Source: Polyangia bacterium (GTDB taxonomy: Bacteria > Myxococcota_A > Polyangia > Polyangiales > JAUICN01). Taken from it: 64,000 nucleotides of DNA. Shown here one piece after another: positions 26,001-34,868 of the stretch (position 1 is its first letter; every line of letters begins with the position of its first letter). A program made the position numbers and the translations under genes. The DNA lies in contig JAUICN010000013.1 in NCBI GenBank assembly GCA_030427835.1, positions 16,663 through 80,662 on the forward strand. The letters are read 5' to 3'. Below the pieces are notes generated by a model. The model did not search any database, was not told the DNA's origin, and saw only the letters and a list, made by a program, of their open reading frames with translations.

Positions 26001-28019
26001 ACCCTGGCCGTTGCCATGAACCGCCTGGGAGCCCGATCCAACACGGGTGAAGGGGGCGAAGATCCAGAGCGCGCTACCCCAGGCCATCCGAAACGAAGTG
26101 CCATCAAGCAAATCGCTTCTGGCCGCTTTGGCGTTACGCCGGAATACCTCGCGTTTGCGGATGAAATCCAAATCAAGATCGCCCAGGGTGCCAAGCCAGG
26201 TGAGGGCGGACAGCTCCCGGGCCACAAGGTAGACGAGGTCATTGCACGCACACGTCACTCGGCGGTCGGGGTAACGCTCATCTCGCCGCCGCCGCACCAC
26301 GACATTTACTCCATTGAGGATCTGGCCCAGCTCATTACCGATTTGAAGGCCATCAACCCCAACGCCGACATTTCAGTAAAACTGGTGAGCGAAGCGGGGG
26401 TCGGTACCGTGGCGGCCGGTGTGGCCAAGGCGGGGGCCACGCAGATCGTGATCAGTGGCAACTCTGGTGGCACGGGCGCTTCACCGCTCAGTTCCATTCA
26501 ACACGTGGGCATGCCCTGGGAGTTGGGGCTCGCCGAAACCCACCAGACCCTGGTGGTCAACGGGCTGCGTGACCGGGTGACCCTAGAGACGGATGGTCAG
26601 CTGAAGACCGGGCGTGACGTGGTGGTGGCAGCCATTCTTGGGGCGGATTGCTTTGCCTTTGGCACGGCCGCCCTTGTAAGCGTGGGCTGCGTATTGATGC
26701 GGGCCTGCCACCTGAATACGTGCCCTGTGGGTGTGGCCACACAGGACCCCCAACTCCGGGCACGGTTCCAGGGCAAGCCCGAACACGTGGAACGCTTTAT
26801 GGGCTTTGTGGCAGAGCACGCACGGCACATCATGGCGGAACTGGGCGTGACCCGTTTTAGGGATCTGGTGGGTGCCACGGAGTTGTTGACCACGGCACAC
26901 ACCTCGGCACAGGCCGCTGGGCACTCCGCTGGGCACTCCGCTGGGCACTCCGCTGGGCACGGGAACACCCCGAACAGCCAGTCGAGGGCACCGCACCACA
27001 CGGACGGGCTCAATCTGGATCGTTTGCTGTACAAGCCTGAACAGATTCACGCCCAGCCTGACCTTGTACCCCAACGGCAGCCCGGCACCTCCGTCATGCC
27101 GCCCGAGCCACGGGTGAACCTTGAGGAGGCGTGGCTGTCCCAGTTGGACCATTTGCCCACCGACGTCGACAGGGTTTGGTCACTGGATGGGGAGATTCAC
27201 AACTGGGATCGCACGGTGGGTGCGCGGTTGTCCCATGCGCTTTTGGTTCACCCCGAGGGCAAGCGCATTCGTGAACGGGGCGTTCACATGCGGGCCCGTG
27301 GTTTTGCGGGCCAAAGCCTTGGGGCGTTCATGGTAGGGGGGCTTACGCTCGAGCTGGAGGGCTTCGCCAACGACGGCGTGGGCAAGGGCCTGGGTGGTGG
27401 TCAGATTGTGGTTCGTTTGCCGGAAGCCGCACCCATGGATTCACCGGAGGACGCCGTATTGGTGGGCAACGCCGCCCTGTACGGGGCCACCCGTGGCTCC
27501 CTGTTTGTGCAAGGAAGTGCCGGGGATCGATTTGCTGTACGCAACAGTGGCGCCACCGCTGTTGTTGAGGGCATGGGCGCCCACGGCTGCGAGTACATGA
27601 CGGGCGGTACCGTGGTGTGCCTGGGCGCCGTGGGGCCCAACTTTGGCGCCGGCATGACGGGCGGAGAAGCCTTCATTGTGGACTTGGATGGAAAGACGGA
27701 CCTGCGGATCAACCAGGAACATGTGCTGACCTCTCGCCTGGATTCAGTGGAATACTTCGGCACCTCACGGGAAGCGCCTGGGGAGCTGAATCAGGCTCTG
27801 CTCGAGCAAGCTCAGCAACGGCTCAAGGCACTCATCCAGTCCCATTTTGACATTACGGGCAGCGGCACATCCCAGCGACTGTTGGCCGGAGGTGACTTTG
27901 CCTGGAAGGACTTTATTTGGGTACGCCCCAAATCCCAGGGGGGACCAGCCACATCCACGACCCAGAGTCGACCTACCCCCCGTACCCACCTACCCACCCT
28001 GAATGCGGAGCGCCCATGA
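23100..28019 (+). CDS. gltB: Glutamate synthase large subunit
   Basis: HDNCGV, HQRFSTNTFP.W..AHP, EPWDGPA, AQVTNPPID, KQIASGRFGV, KIAQGAKPGEGGQLPG, CVLMRACHLNTCPVGVATQ, GXGXG domain. Start may be ATG 23133. Confidence 0.97.
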   Translation: MRRDKSVQQGSMVPPEVTLLSVAERAAAQGLYRPDMEHDNCGVASVTDIQGRPSHGLVAAGLNALERLAHRGATGADPLTGDGAGMLCQVPHLLLQGEVGSHLPGPGEYGLGMFFLNRDPWKERTQRRWLEGVFQALGLRVVAWRDVPVRADSCGPFAQQTRPSIAQAVVQPQKSLASGELERLLFVARKKIEHTQRQRRWVGKHDSLYVCSLSSSTVVYKGLLLPSQLGRFFPDLTDPRMESAVSVVHQRFSTNTFPAWERAHPYRLLAHNGEINTLSGNRKAMAARELLFASRRFGIDVELLRPLLEIESSDSAMLDNTAELLLQSGRSLPHALAMMLPRAWEQDPIMPPDVRGFYEYHASIMEPWDGPACVVFTDGRVSGVAVDRNGLRPARYLQTRQDWFVVSSEVGVMDVAPAELTRVGRLGPGEMVVVDTQRQRVRFDAEVKRELASLRPYAQWVQQALVRVGDLPTPRSQQTVSPARTTPLGTTQVGSTQLQSLPRAQRVFGYTREDVSTVLGAMAEQGKEPVGSMGRDTPPAVLSRKHPSLFDYFSQRFAQVTNPPIDPLRETNVMSLRTLLGPGHNLFQESPELCSHLELSSPVLDDSLFQKIRQIQHPEFRVTTVSTLFPARQQVGQLGRALADLCSRVEHLVRSGHTVLVLSDRGFHSGLAPMPSLLAASAVHHHLVRVRLRQRVGLVLESGEPREIMHVALLVGFGTDAVYPYLALDTVANLHTVSNLHTVSNLGRDGAGNTGAGNIGVGHAETAGPQGGHDAQQKYLRAVNLGLHKVLSRMGISTLQSYRGGQIFEALGLTQSFLNDFFPGVKSSIGGIGLEEVEATTLGRHRSAYDERKDPEVSGLEAGGRYKYRRDGEFHAYHPTTVGLLQDAVRRDRWDVFERFADVVDRENQSTTLRGLLRFKSPQGDRAMIGANPGPLDLDQVEPASEIIHRFRTGAMSYGSLSAEAHETLAVAMNRLGARSNTGEGGEDPERATPGHPKRSAIKQIASGRFGVTPEYLAFADEIQIKIAQGAKPGEGGQLPGHKVDEVIARTRHSAVGVTLISPPPHHDIYSIEDLAQLITDLKAINPNADISVKLVSEAGVGTVAAGVAKAGATQIVISGNSGGTGASPLSSIQHVGMPWELGLAETHQTLVVNGLRDRVTLETDGQLKTGRDVVVAAILGADCFAFGTAALVSVGCVLMRACHLNTCPVGVATQDPQLRARFQGKPEHVERFMGFVAEHARHIMAELGVTRFRDLVGATELLTTAHTSAQAAGHSAGHSAGHSAGHGNTPNSQSRAPHHTDGLNLDRLLYKPEQIHAQPDLVPQRQPGTSVMPPEPRVNLEEAWLSQLDHLPTDVDRVWSLDGEIHNWDRTVGARLSHALLVHPEGKRIRERGVHMRARGFAGQSLGAFMVGGLTLELEGFANDGVGKGLGGGQIVVRLPEAAPMDSPEDAVLVGNAALYGATRGSLFVQGSAGDRFAVRNSGATAVVEGMGAHGCEYMTGGTVVCLGAVGPNFGAGMTGGEAFIVDLDGKTDLRINQEHVLTSRLDSVEYFGTSREAPGELNQALLEQAQQRLKALIQSHFDITGSGTSQRLLAGGDFAWKDFIWVRPKSQGGPATSTTQSRPTPRTHLPTLNAERP
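25287..25376 (+). repeat. In-frame tandem repeats within gltB (18-bp x3, 15-bp x2)
   Basis: TVANLH-TVSNLH-TVSNLG (25287-25340) and GAGNT-GAGNI (25347-25376). Confidence 0.8.
26916..26960 (+). repeat. In-frame perfect 12-bp tandem repeat (3.75 copies) within gltB
   Basis: GCTGGGCACTCC x3 plus GCTGGGCAC, encoding (AGHS)3-AGH. Confidence 0.9.
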
Positions 28020-29488
28020 CACGCACCCCCGATGCTTTCCTACGGATTGACCGCACCGCACCACCCAAACGCCCGGTGGAGGAACGGATTAGGGATAGCC
28101 GCGAGGTGGACGCGTGCATGGAGCCGGCCGCCCTGCGCGAACAGGCCTCCCGCTGCATGGACTGTGGGATCCCCTTTTGCCATCAGGGTTGCCCACTTGG
28201 GAACCGTATTCCCGAGTGGAATGAACTGGTTTCGGAAGGCGATTGGAAACGGGCCCTGGATGAACTGCACGCCACCAACAACTTCCCGGAGTTCACGGGC
28301 AAGACCTGCCCCGCACCCTGCGAACAATCCTGCGTACTGAACATCGACGGTGAGCCGGTGAACATCAAGGCGGTGGAACGGCATATTGTCCAGCGGGGCT
28401 GGGCGGAGGGATGGATTCAACCCAAACCTTCCCAGATCACAACCGGACGACACGTGGGTGTTGTGGGTTCCGGCCCCGCGGGCCTCGCATGCGCGCAGCA
28501 ACTGGCGCGGGTGGGCCATCGGGTCACGGTGTACGAGAGAGACGATCGCGCGGGGGGCTTGCTTCGCTACGGAATCCCAGATTTCAAGCTTGAAAAAGTG
28601 GATGTGGAGCGACGGGTGCAGCAACTGCAGGCTGAGGGTGTGGACTTTCGCCTTGGAGTGGAAGTGGGCCGGGACATTACCGCCCAAGCGTTGATCACGG
28701 GTCACGATGCGCTGTGCCTTGCTGTGGGCGCGCAACAACCCAGGGAACTTCAGGTTCCAGGGATGGAACTCCAGGGCGTGCACTACGCCATGGACTATTT
28801 GACCCAACAGAATCGACGGGTTGCTGGAGACACCCTGCAAGAAGAGGGAACGGGTAGGAATTCACCCATCCATGCCTCTGGAAAACGCGTGGTGATTCTT
28901 GGGGGCGGTGACACGGGGGCCGACTGCCTGGGGACTGCCCACCGGCAGGGCGCGGCGGAAGTTCGACATTTTCATTACAAACCTGCCCCCCCTGAGTCCC
29001 GCACCGAAGACATGCCCTGGCCCTGGTGGCCCATGGTCGCACACCCCTCGAGCTCCCATGAGGAAGGGGGGATTCGCGGTTGGTCTGTGGTGACCAAGGG
29101 CTTTCGCGGTGAGAACGGCCAACTGACTCACATGGACCTGGCCCGCGTGCAGTGGGTGGAGGACGAAGGCAAGAACCTCATGCGCGAGGTGGAGCAGTTT
29201 TCCATCGAGGTGGACCTGGTACTCATCGCCGTGGGGTTTGAAGGCCCGGGTGCGGAATCGCTTTTGTCCGGGCTTGGTGTGTCGACTTCACCCAATGGGT
29301 TTCCCCAGACGGATGCGGGTTACCGCACCAGCCAGCCAGGGGTGTTTTGCTGCGGAGATGCCAGAAGGGGCGCGTCGCTCGTGGTGTGGGCGATTTGGGA
29401 GGGCCGTGAAACCGCGCGTACCATTGACGACTACCTCAATGGTGAGACGCGGCTGCCCACCCTTCCAAACCACTACCCTCTTTTGTGA
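28016..29488 (+). CDS. gltD: Glutamate synthase small subunit
   Basis: RCMDCGIPFCH.GCPL, NNFPEFTG..CPAPCE, VVGSGPAGL, GGGDTGADC, GD.RRG.SLVVWAI.EGR. ATGA overlap with gltB. Confidence 0.96.
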   Translation: MTRTPDAFLRIDRTAPPKRPVEERIRDSREVDACMEPAALREQASRCMDCGIPFCHQGCPLGNRIPEWNELVSEGDWKRALDELHATNNFPEFTGKTCPAPCEQSCVLNIDGEPVNIKAVERHIVQRGWAEGWIQPKPSQITTGRHVGVVGSGPAGLACAQQLARVGHRVTVYERDDRAGGLLRYGIPDFKLEKVDVERRVQQLQAEGVDFRLGVEVGRDITAQALITGHDALCLAVGAQQPRELQVPGMELQGVHYAMDYLTQQNRRVAGDTLQEEGTGRNSPIHASGKRVVILGGGDTGADCLGTAHRQGAAEVRHFHYKPAPPESRTEDMPWPWWPMVAHPSSSHEEGGIRGWSVVTKGFRGENGQLTHMDLARVQWVEDEGKNLMREVEQFSIEVDLVLIAVGFEGPGAESLLSGLGVSTSPNGFPQTDAGYRTSQPGVFCCGDARRGASLVVWAIWEGRETARTIDDYLNGETRLPTLPNHYPLL

Positions 29489-31800
29489 GCACTGAACCGT
29501 TTACGTCGGACCGCAAACAGGGCGGCCACAACCCAGAATGCGATCTGGGATGGAGCCGAAGGTGCTTGTTCGTTGCCTGCGGCTACCGTGCACCCGCCAC
29601 CACCAATGGCGCCCGCGGAAGGTACGGGTGTTCCCGCATCACCGTTGTTGGCACCGCCGTCTCCTGCACCGCCATCTCCCATGCCGGCATCACCCGTTCC
29701 ACCGTCCGCCATGCCGCTGTCGGGCATTCCGGCGTCCACCGGTTCGGTGGCGCATAGGTTGGAATCACAATGCATGCTCATGCAATCGCTGTCTGCAGAA
29801 CAGGCATCCCCGTTTGCACAGGTCGCACCGCAGGAACCACCACAGTCCACATCCGACTCGTCGCCATTTTGGACCATGTCCATGCACGTGGCCGCAAGGC
29901 AGGTGTCGGTCATTCCGGAGTCGCACACCAGGCTGATGCAATCGTTGTTGGATGCACAGTCCTCTCCCGTGTCGCAGGTGGATCCGCAGGAGCCACCGCA
30001 ATCCTCATCTGTCTCATCACCGTTTTGCACCATATCCCCACAGGTCGCCATGAGGCAGGTGTTTGTGGACATGGTGTCGCACACCATGCTCATGCAATCG
30101 CTGTTCATCACGCACATCATCCCGTCGGCACATGTGGAACAGATGGCACCGCCGCAATCCACGTCGGTCTCGTCCTGGTTCATGAACATGTCCACACAGG
30201 TGGCTGTGGCGCAGAGACCAGATGTGGTGTTGCAAAAGCCGCTATTGCACGCGCCGCTGTTGGTGCAGGATTCGCCGTCGTTCAACAGGCATGTGGCGGA
30301 GCAGGCTCCCCCTGGGCCGTTCTGAACACCGTCGTCACAGGATTCACCCATGTCGATGGTGCCGTTTCCACACTGGCTTGTGCCAAAGGTGAAAAACGCG
30401 TTGTCCGCAAAGTCCCCCATGTCGGTGCAATAGTCTGCGCCCACCACACTTAGGGGAAACTCCACCGTTCCGGTGGTAAAACTGGCGTCTGTGTTGTTCA
30501 CCAGCAGATGGGTCATGCCTGCGCTTGGTGGAATACAGACTTGAACCGCACCCACCGAACCCGTTTCGTTGATTTGCCACACGCGGCCCATCCGGTGCGA
30601 CGGGGTTCCCGTGTAGGCCACGTCCATGCTGGTGTTACCGTCGTTGTTTCCCCACATCATGAACGACAGGTCCGAGCCAAACGTTCCTGTGTTGGCTGCA
30701 TTGGTGGCGGCAATGTTTCCGAGGCCAATGGTGACGAGCCGATCCTCACTCGCGCTCCGTGCCTGTTTCTGTAGCACTTCACCGCCGTCGTCCCGTCCAA
30801 TACCTGCAATGTCGTTGTTGTAGGTGGTGTGCCCGAGCACATCCCAGAACACGGTGCTTGCGTCGCTGGCCACGTAATCCTGGGAAAGCGAAATGCCGTA
30901 TTTCAGTCCAAGATTGGCCTCTACCCGTGCCATCTCGGCCCCGTTCAGATCCCAGGAGAACACCAGAGCTTCGTGCAAGGTGCCATCGAAGTGGGTGTCG
31001 AAACCGCCGCCGCCCACGGCGCGCTTGGCGCCCACAACGATGTGGAATGGAATGAGGTCGGGTGCGAAATCCGAGTTTGCACTTGGGACCACCAGGGGTG
31101 ACCCGGGCACGCCATCCACCGCGGGTATGAATTGGCTGAGTAGGTCGCCATTGCTGTTGTCAAAGCGGTAGATGTGGGTTTCCGCGAGGGTCGCAGAAGC
31201 GGTCTTCGAGGCCCATTTGCCGTTGAAGGTGGGAGTGGGGCCTGAAACGTAGGCCGCGTGATGGTCACCCGGGTTGAGGCCGTCGGAATCTGTGGTGGAC
31301 CAACCGTAGGCAATGTTTCGCTGGTTGATGGGTGTGCTCCTCCCCAGGTACAGGGCAGAACCGCCGTTGGAGGATCCGGAAATAACAAAGAACGCTGTTT
31401 TTTCTGCTGTGCCATTGAGGCCTGGTGCGTTCACTCCCGTGGCACGTTCCAACCATTGGGCGGCGTCAAAACTCACACCAGGATTAAAGTTCAGGGAAGA
31501 ATCCACAAGGGAAGGTTCGTTGCCGCCAGTGGCGGTAAGGTGATTGCCATTGGCCGCCCGGTCGTTCCACGTGGTCACCGTTCCGCCCGGAGCGGTGATT
31601 CCCACGTCGGCGCTGTACCAGAGCTCCAGGTCCATCAGAACCCCACCGGGACCAAAAAGAGGTGCCACCTGGGCGCCCACTTCTTCGTGACCCCCGCCCT
31701 GCTTCGAAAGATTGCACCCCGTGACGGGCAGTAGGCCTGCACAGAGGGCCAAGCCCAGGGTCGTTGCAAAAACCGGCGTATGTGTTTGCTTGGTGTTCAT
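29473..31800 (-). CDS. MYXO-CTERM surface protein with LamG-like domain and Cys-rich repeats (TraA-like architecture)
   Basis: LELWYSAD..V.TWND..GNH (LamG-like), repeats TC.D.VQNGDE.D.DCGGSC..C, C-terminal GGGGCTV...FWVVAALFAVRRKR. Confidence 0.8.
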   Translation of the reverse strand: MNTKQTHTPVFATTLGLALCAGLLPVTGCNLSKQGGGHEEVGAQVAPLFGPGGVLMDLELWYSADVGITAPGGTVTTWNDRAANGNHLTATGGNEPSLVDSSLNFNPGVSFDAAQWLERATGVNAPGLNGTAEKTAFFVISGSSNGGSALYLGRSTPINQRNIAYGWSTTDSDGLNPGDHHAAYVSGPTPTFNGKWASKTASATLAETHIYRFDNSNGDLLSQFIPAVDGVPGSPLVVPSANSDFAPDLIPFHIVVGAKRAVGGGGFDTHFDGTLHEALVFSWDLNGAEMARVEANLGLKYGISLSQDYVASDASTVFWDVLGHTTYNNDIAGIGRDDGGEVLQKQARSASEDRLVTIGLGNIAATNAANTGTFGSDLSFMMWGNNDGNTSMDVAYTGTPSHRMGRVWQINETGSVGAVQVCIPPSAGMTHLLVNNTDASFTTGTVEFPLSVVGADYCTDMGDFADNAFFTFGTSQCGNGTIDMGESCDDGVQNGPGGACSATCLLNDGESCTNSGACNSGFCNTTSGLCATATCVDMFMNQDETDVDCGGAICSTCADGMMCVMNSDCMSMVCDTMSTNTCLMATCGDMVQNGDETDEDCGGSCGSTCDTGEDCASNNDCISLVCDSGMTDTCLAATCMDMVQNGDESDVDCGGSCGATCANGDACSADSDCMSMHCDSNLCATEPVDAGMPDSGMADGGTGDAGMGDGGAGDGGANNGDAGTPVPSAGAIGGGGCTVAAGNEQAPSAPSQIAFWVVAALFAVRRKRFSAHKRG

Positions 31801-31815
31801 GAGTTTGCTCCTTAG

Positions 31816-33705
31816 CTACCGCTGCGTCTTGGGACTGGTGAGTTGGGGTGTTTGGTTCTGCCTGCTTTCTTCGTGAACTGGGTTTTCCTCGTCCATCGGG
31901 TCGTCTTCCATGATCGTAAACTCCACACGGCGGTTCTGGGCGTGCTCCTCACGGGTGGAGGCGTTCTGTACCACGGGGCGATCGGGGCCGTAGCCATGGG
32001 CCACGAGGCGTCCGGCATCTACTCCACCCGTTTCCACCAGGTATTGCACCACGGATTCCGCGCGGGCCTGGGAAAGGGCAACGTTGCCATCGTGATCTCC
32101 GGTGGAGTCCGTATGCCCCTCCACACGAACGTGGGTGATTTCGCCGTGGGCGTTGAGCACCTTGGCGACGTTCACCAACAGGGGAAAGGAGCGTTGCTGA
32201 ATGTTGGCCCGGCCGGTCTGGAAGTACACCTTGTCCAGAATCTTGAGATGGCCAGCTTCCATTTGAACCAGCTGCTTCTCTAGGCACCCCATCTGTTCTG
32301 CGGTACCCGCCACGTCTGGGCAGTTGTCCAGACGATCGACCACACCATCGTTGTCACGATCGGTATCGGGGCAACCATGGTTTTCATGGGGGCCGACTTC
32401 CATGGGGCAACGGTCGTGGCTATCGACTACCCCGTCTTCGTCGTTGTCCAGATCAGGGCAACCGTCTTCGTCCTCAAAACCATCTCGGTCTTCGGGCTCC
32501 GCACGGCAACCGTCCCTGTCGTCGGGCACGCCGTCCATGTCGTCGTCGTTGTCCGGGCAACCATCTTCGTCGTTAACGCCATCCATGTCTTCCGCATCGT
32601 TCACGCAGGCATCGACCGAGTCCTCAATGCCGTCGCCATCGTTGTCCAGGTCAGGGCATCCGTCTTCGTCCTCAAAACCATCGATGTCCTCCGGAACGTC
32701 CACACAGGAGTCGTCGTCATCTCCCACGCCGTCGCCATCGGAATCGACCACAAACTTGATCGGGAGATCCGAGGTTTCACCCACGTAGGCCAGGGTGGCC
32801 ACTGCGCGGAATTGGGGTGTTCCGTAACCCCGTGTGATTCCCGGGCCGGCGGCTGCACCCACCACCAAGCCACTGTTGTGGTGGTACTTGGGGCCCACCA
32901 GCAGCTCGAGGGGGGATTCGGACCGTCCAAGCCAATCCTCGAAGTTCACTGCGCCAAACAGGTCGGCATGTACCCGAAGCGCATCCTCGTCCAGGAACCC
33001 CTGGGAAACTCCCAGGCCGTAGGTCATTTCGTGACCGTAGGTAAGGCTCCCGATTTCAAGGGCGCTGGGTCGAATGTGCGCGCCCAGGTTGGCGGCCCAG
33101 CGGAACCCACCGAAATTCCCTTCGGCCAGAAGCTCTGGTGCCAGGCCAAGGGTGGAGTCACCCGAGTACCGTTGGTCGCCATTGGTCCACTCTGCCGTGG
33201 GAAGAAAAACCGCAAGGGAGGCACCCAGGGCGAACGCTCCCCCAGCATGGCCGGCGAGTCGTACTCGGCCTCCAAAAAAGGCATCGCCCATTCCGAAGCC
33301 GTCAGCTCCAGCAATGCCCGCCAGCCCACTCACATCGTCACCGTCCATGAGCAGGTTCACGGGCAATCCCGCAAACACCATCACACGCTCATGCACGCCC
33401 ACCGAAATGTTGAGGTGCCCCGCCAACTGGTCGGATACGAGGGAGACATCCCCGCCACCCCCACCGGGTCGAAATACTAGCGGATTGCTGGAGTAATCCC
33501 CGTAGAGCTGTACATCCAGGCGCCCCACTTCACCCACATCGGGGCGACTCACCGCGAAACCGTCCGTGGCTAGCTCACTGGGCCGAAAACGGTTCAGGGT
33601 GGCAGAGTTGCTCTGGGCATGGGCGGATCCGGCAAACGTGGCCGCAACCACCACACCTAGCAGGCCCAAAAACGCAACACTTGAATTCGATGTACGATGA
33701 AACAT
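31816..33705 (-). CDS. OM beta-barrel + TSP3 Ca-binding repeats + OmpA C-terminal domain (TraB-like architecture)
   Basis: Signal ..AHA-QS, barrel-like N-terminus, many DGCPD.D.D.DG repeats, VRVEGHTD...LSQARA.SV..YL...QNRRVEF. Start revised to ATG 33705. Confidence 0.88.
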   Translation of the reverse strand: MFHRTSNSSVAFLGLLGVVVAATFAGSAHAQSNSATLNRFRPSELATDGFAVSRPDVGEVGRLDVQLYGDYSSNPLVFRPGGGGGDVSLVSDQLAGHLNISVGVHERVMVFAGLPVNLLMDGDDVSGLAGIAGADGFGMGDAFFGGRVRLAGHAGGAFALGASLAVFLPTAEWTNGDQRYSGDSTLGLAPELLAEGNFGGFRWAANLGAHIRPSALEIGSLTYGHEMTYGLGVSQGFLDEDALRVHADLFGAVNFEDWLGRSESPLELLVGPKYHHNSGLVVGAAAGPGITRGYGTPQFRAVATLAYVGETSDLPIKFVVDSDGDGVGDDDDSCVDVPEDIDGFEDEDGCPDLDNDGDGIEDSVDACVNDAEDMDGVNDEDGCPDNDDDMDGVPDDRDGCRAEPEDRDGFEDEDGCPDLDNDEDGVVDSHDRCPMEVGPHENHGCPDTDRDNDGVVDRLDNCPDVAGTAEQMGCLEKQLVQMEAGHLKILDKVYFQTGRANIQQRSFPLLVNVAKVLNAHGEITHVRVEGHTDSTGDHDGNVALSQARAESVVQYLVETGGVDAGRLVAHGYGPDRPVVQNASTREEHAQNRRVEFTIMEDDPMDEENPVHEESRQNQTPQLTSPKTQR

Positions 33706-33713
33706 GGCGCGGA

Positions 33714-33744
33714 ACGCTACCATGTCCCTCCGCGGGGGTGTCAA
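33714..33744 (-). promoter_or_regulatory. sigma70-type promoter candidate for the OmpA/TSP3 gene
   Basis: TTGACA (33744-33739), a long 19-nt spacer, and an extended -10 TGg-TAGCGT ending 8 nt before ATG 33705. Confidence 0.4.
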
Positions 33745-33785
33745 GCCGCCGGGCCGCATTGGAGCGCGCGACCCCGCATGCCTCG

Positions 33786-34868
33786 CTATTCAGTCGTTGC
33801 GGGTTCCGGGCTTTCCTCGGGCTGGGCAGGAACTTCGATACCCAGCACCGTGGGGACGTCCTCATCTACCTTTTTGGCAAGGGAGTTGGGGATGCTTACC
33901 CAGGCGTGGGTGGCCGGGGATCGGGCGTAGTACTCATCTCCCACACGCACCATTTCCACGGTACCCAGGGTATCCCCGTCGCCGTCCAGGTAGGTGAGTT
34001 GCACCACTGGGATGAGCTCGCCTGTGGAATCCACCAGGTTTTCACCAGGCTCCTGATCGGGGTTCAGGTACTCCTGCACACGCATTTGGTGCAGGGGGCT
34101 AACCCAGTTTCCAAAGAGTTCGTTGCGGCGGTCCGGGTCGCTTGCGTCCACCCATTGGGCACGGGCAGGGTCCCTGCGGTCACGCTGAAGTAGGGTTCGG
34201 GAGGCGCCCTGGGCCTCCACCTTGAGCTTCTCCACCTCAGTCACGTCGAACCCAAGGATGTCGCGCTGCATCAGCCGATGCTTCGCAGACTTCAACTGGT
34301 TGATGATGTCGCCTGCCACCAGGTACACGGTTTGGGAGGCCTTTGGGGCCGATGGCTTTTCGGTGCCCTGGAAGGGGCTGATGTAGCGGGCGGGGGAACC
34401 AAAGGCCGTGGCACCCACGGTGTACTTCACCGCGGCTTTTCCGCAGTTGAACTCAAGTGTCTCCTTGGAATCCTGCAGGCCCAGGTCCTCGAGCAGTTCT
34501 GGTTCCACCTGCCCTAGGGATCGCAATGCCATCATGGGCGACAACATGGCGATGTATTCCTGGGCGTCCTTACCTGCCACAAAGGTGGAAGATTTTGCGG
34601 CTTGCGCCTGCTCCGGAGCTCCGTCGTTCTTCTTTGGAGTGTCATCGACCTGCACCCAGAGCACGCGCCCGTCACCTTCGCCCTTCGCGTGGAGCCGTAC
34701 ATTCTGGGTTTCAGAAGAAAGCGTGGCCGAAACAAAAGAGGATTCCTTGCATTCGAAGATTTCCACGGCCTCTGCGGGTGTCTCTTCGGCATCTTCCTTG
34801 GTCCAGGCCCACCAGGCGGAAGCAAGACCCACGATGGCCAGTAGGGAATGGGTGACGATGGTCTTCAT
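33786..34868 (-). CDS. DUF4340 domain protein
   Basis: N-terminal TM, VG....G..RY.......YLV....L...R.ILGF..VE.L.V pattern; 4-bp overlap with the upstream gene. Confidence 0.7.
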   Translation of the reverse strand: MKTIVTHSLLAIVGLASAWWAWTKEDAEETPAEAVEIFECKESSFVSATLSSETQNVRLHAKGEGDGRVLWVQVDDTPKKNDGAPEQAQAAKSSTFVAGKDAQEYIAMLSPMMALRSLGQVEPELLEDLGLQDSKETLEFNCGKAAVKYTVGATAFGSPARYISPFQGTEKPSAPKASQTVYLVAGDIINQLKSAKHRLMQRDILGFDVTEVEKLKVEAQGASRTLLQRDRRDPARAQWVDASDPDRRNELFGNWVSPLHQMRVQEYLNPDQEPGENLVDSTGELIPVVQLTYLDGDGDTLGTVEMVRVGDEYYARSPATHAWVSIPNSLAKKVDEDVPTVLGIEVPAQPEESPEPATTE

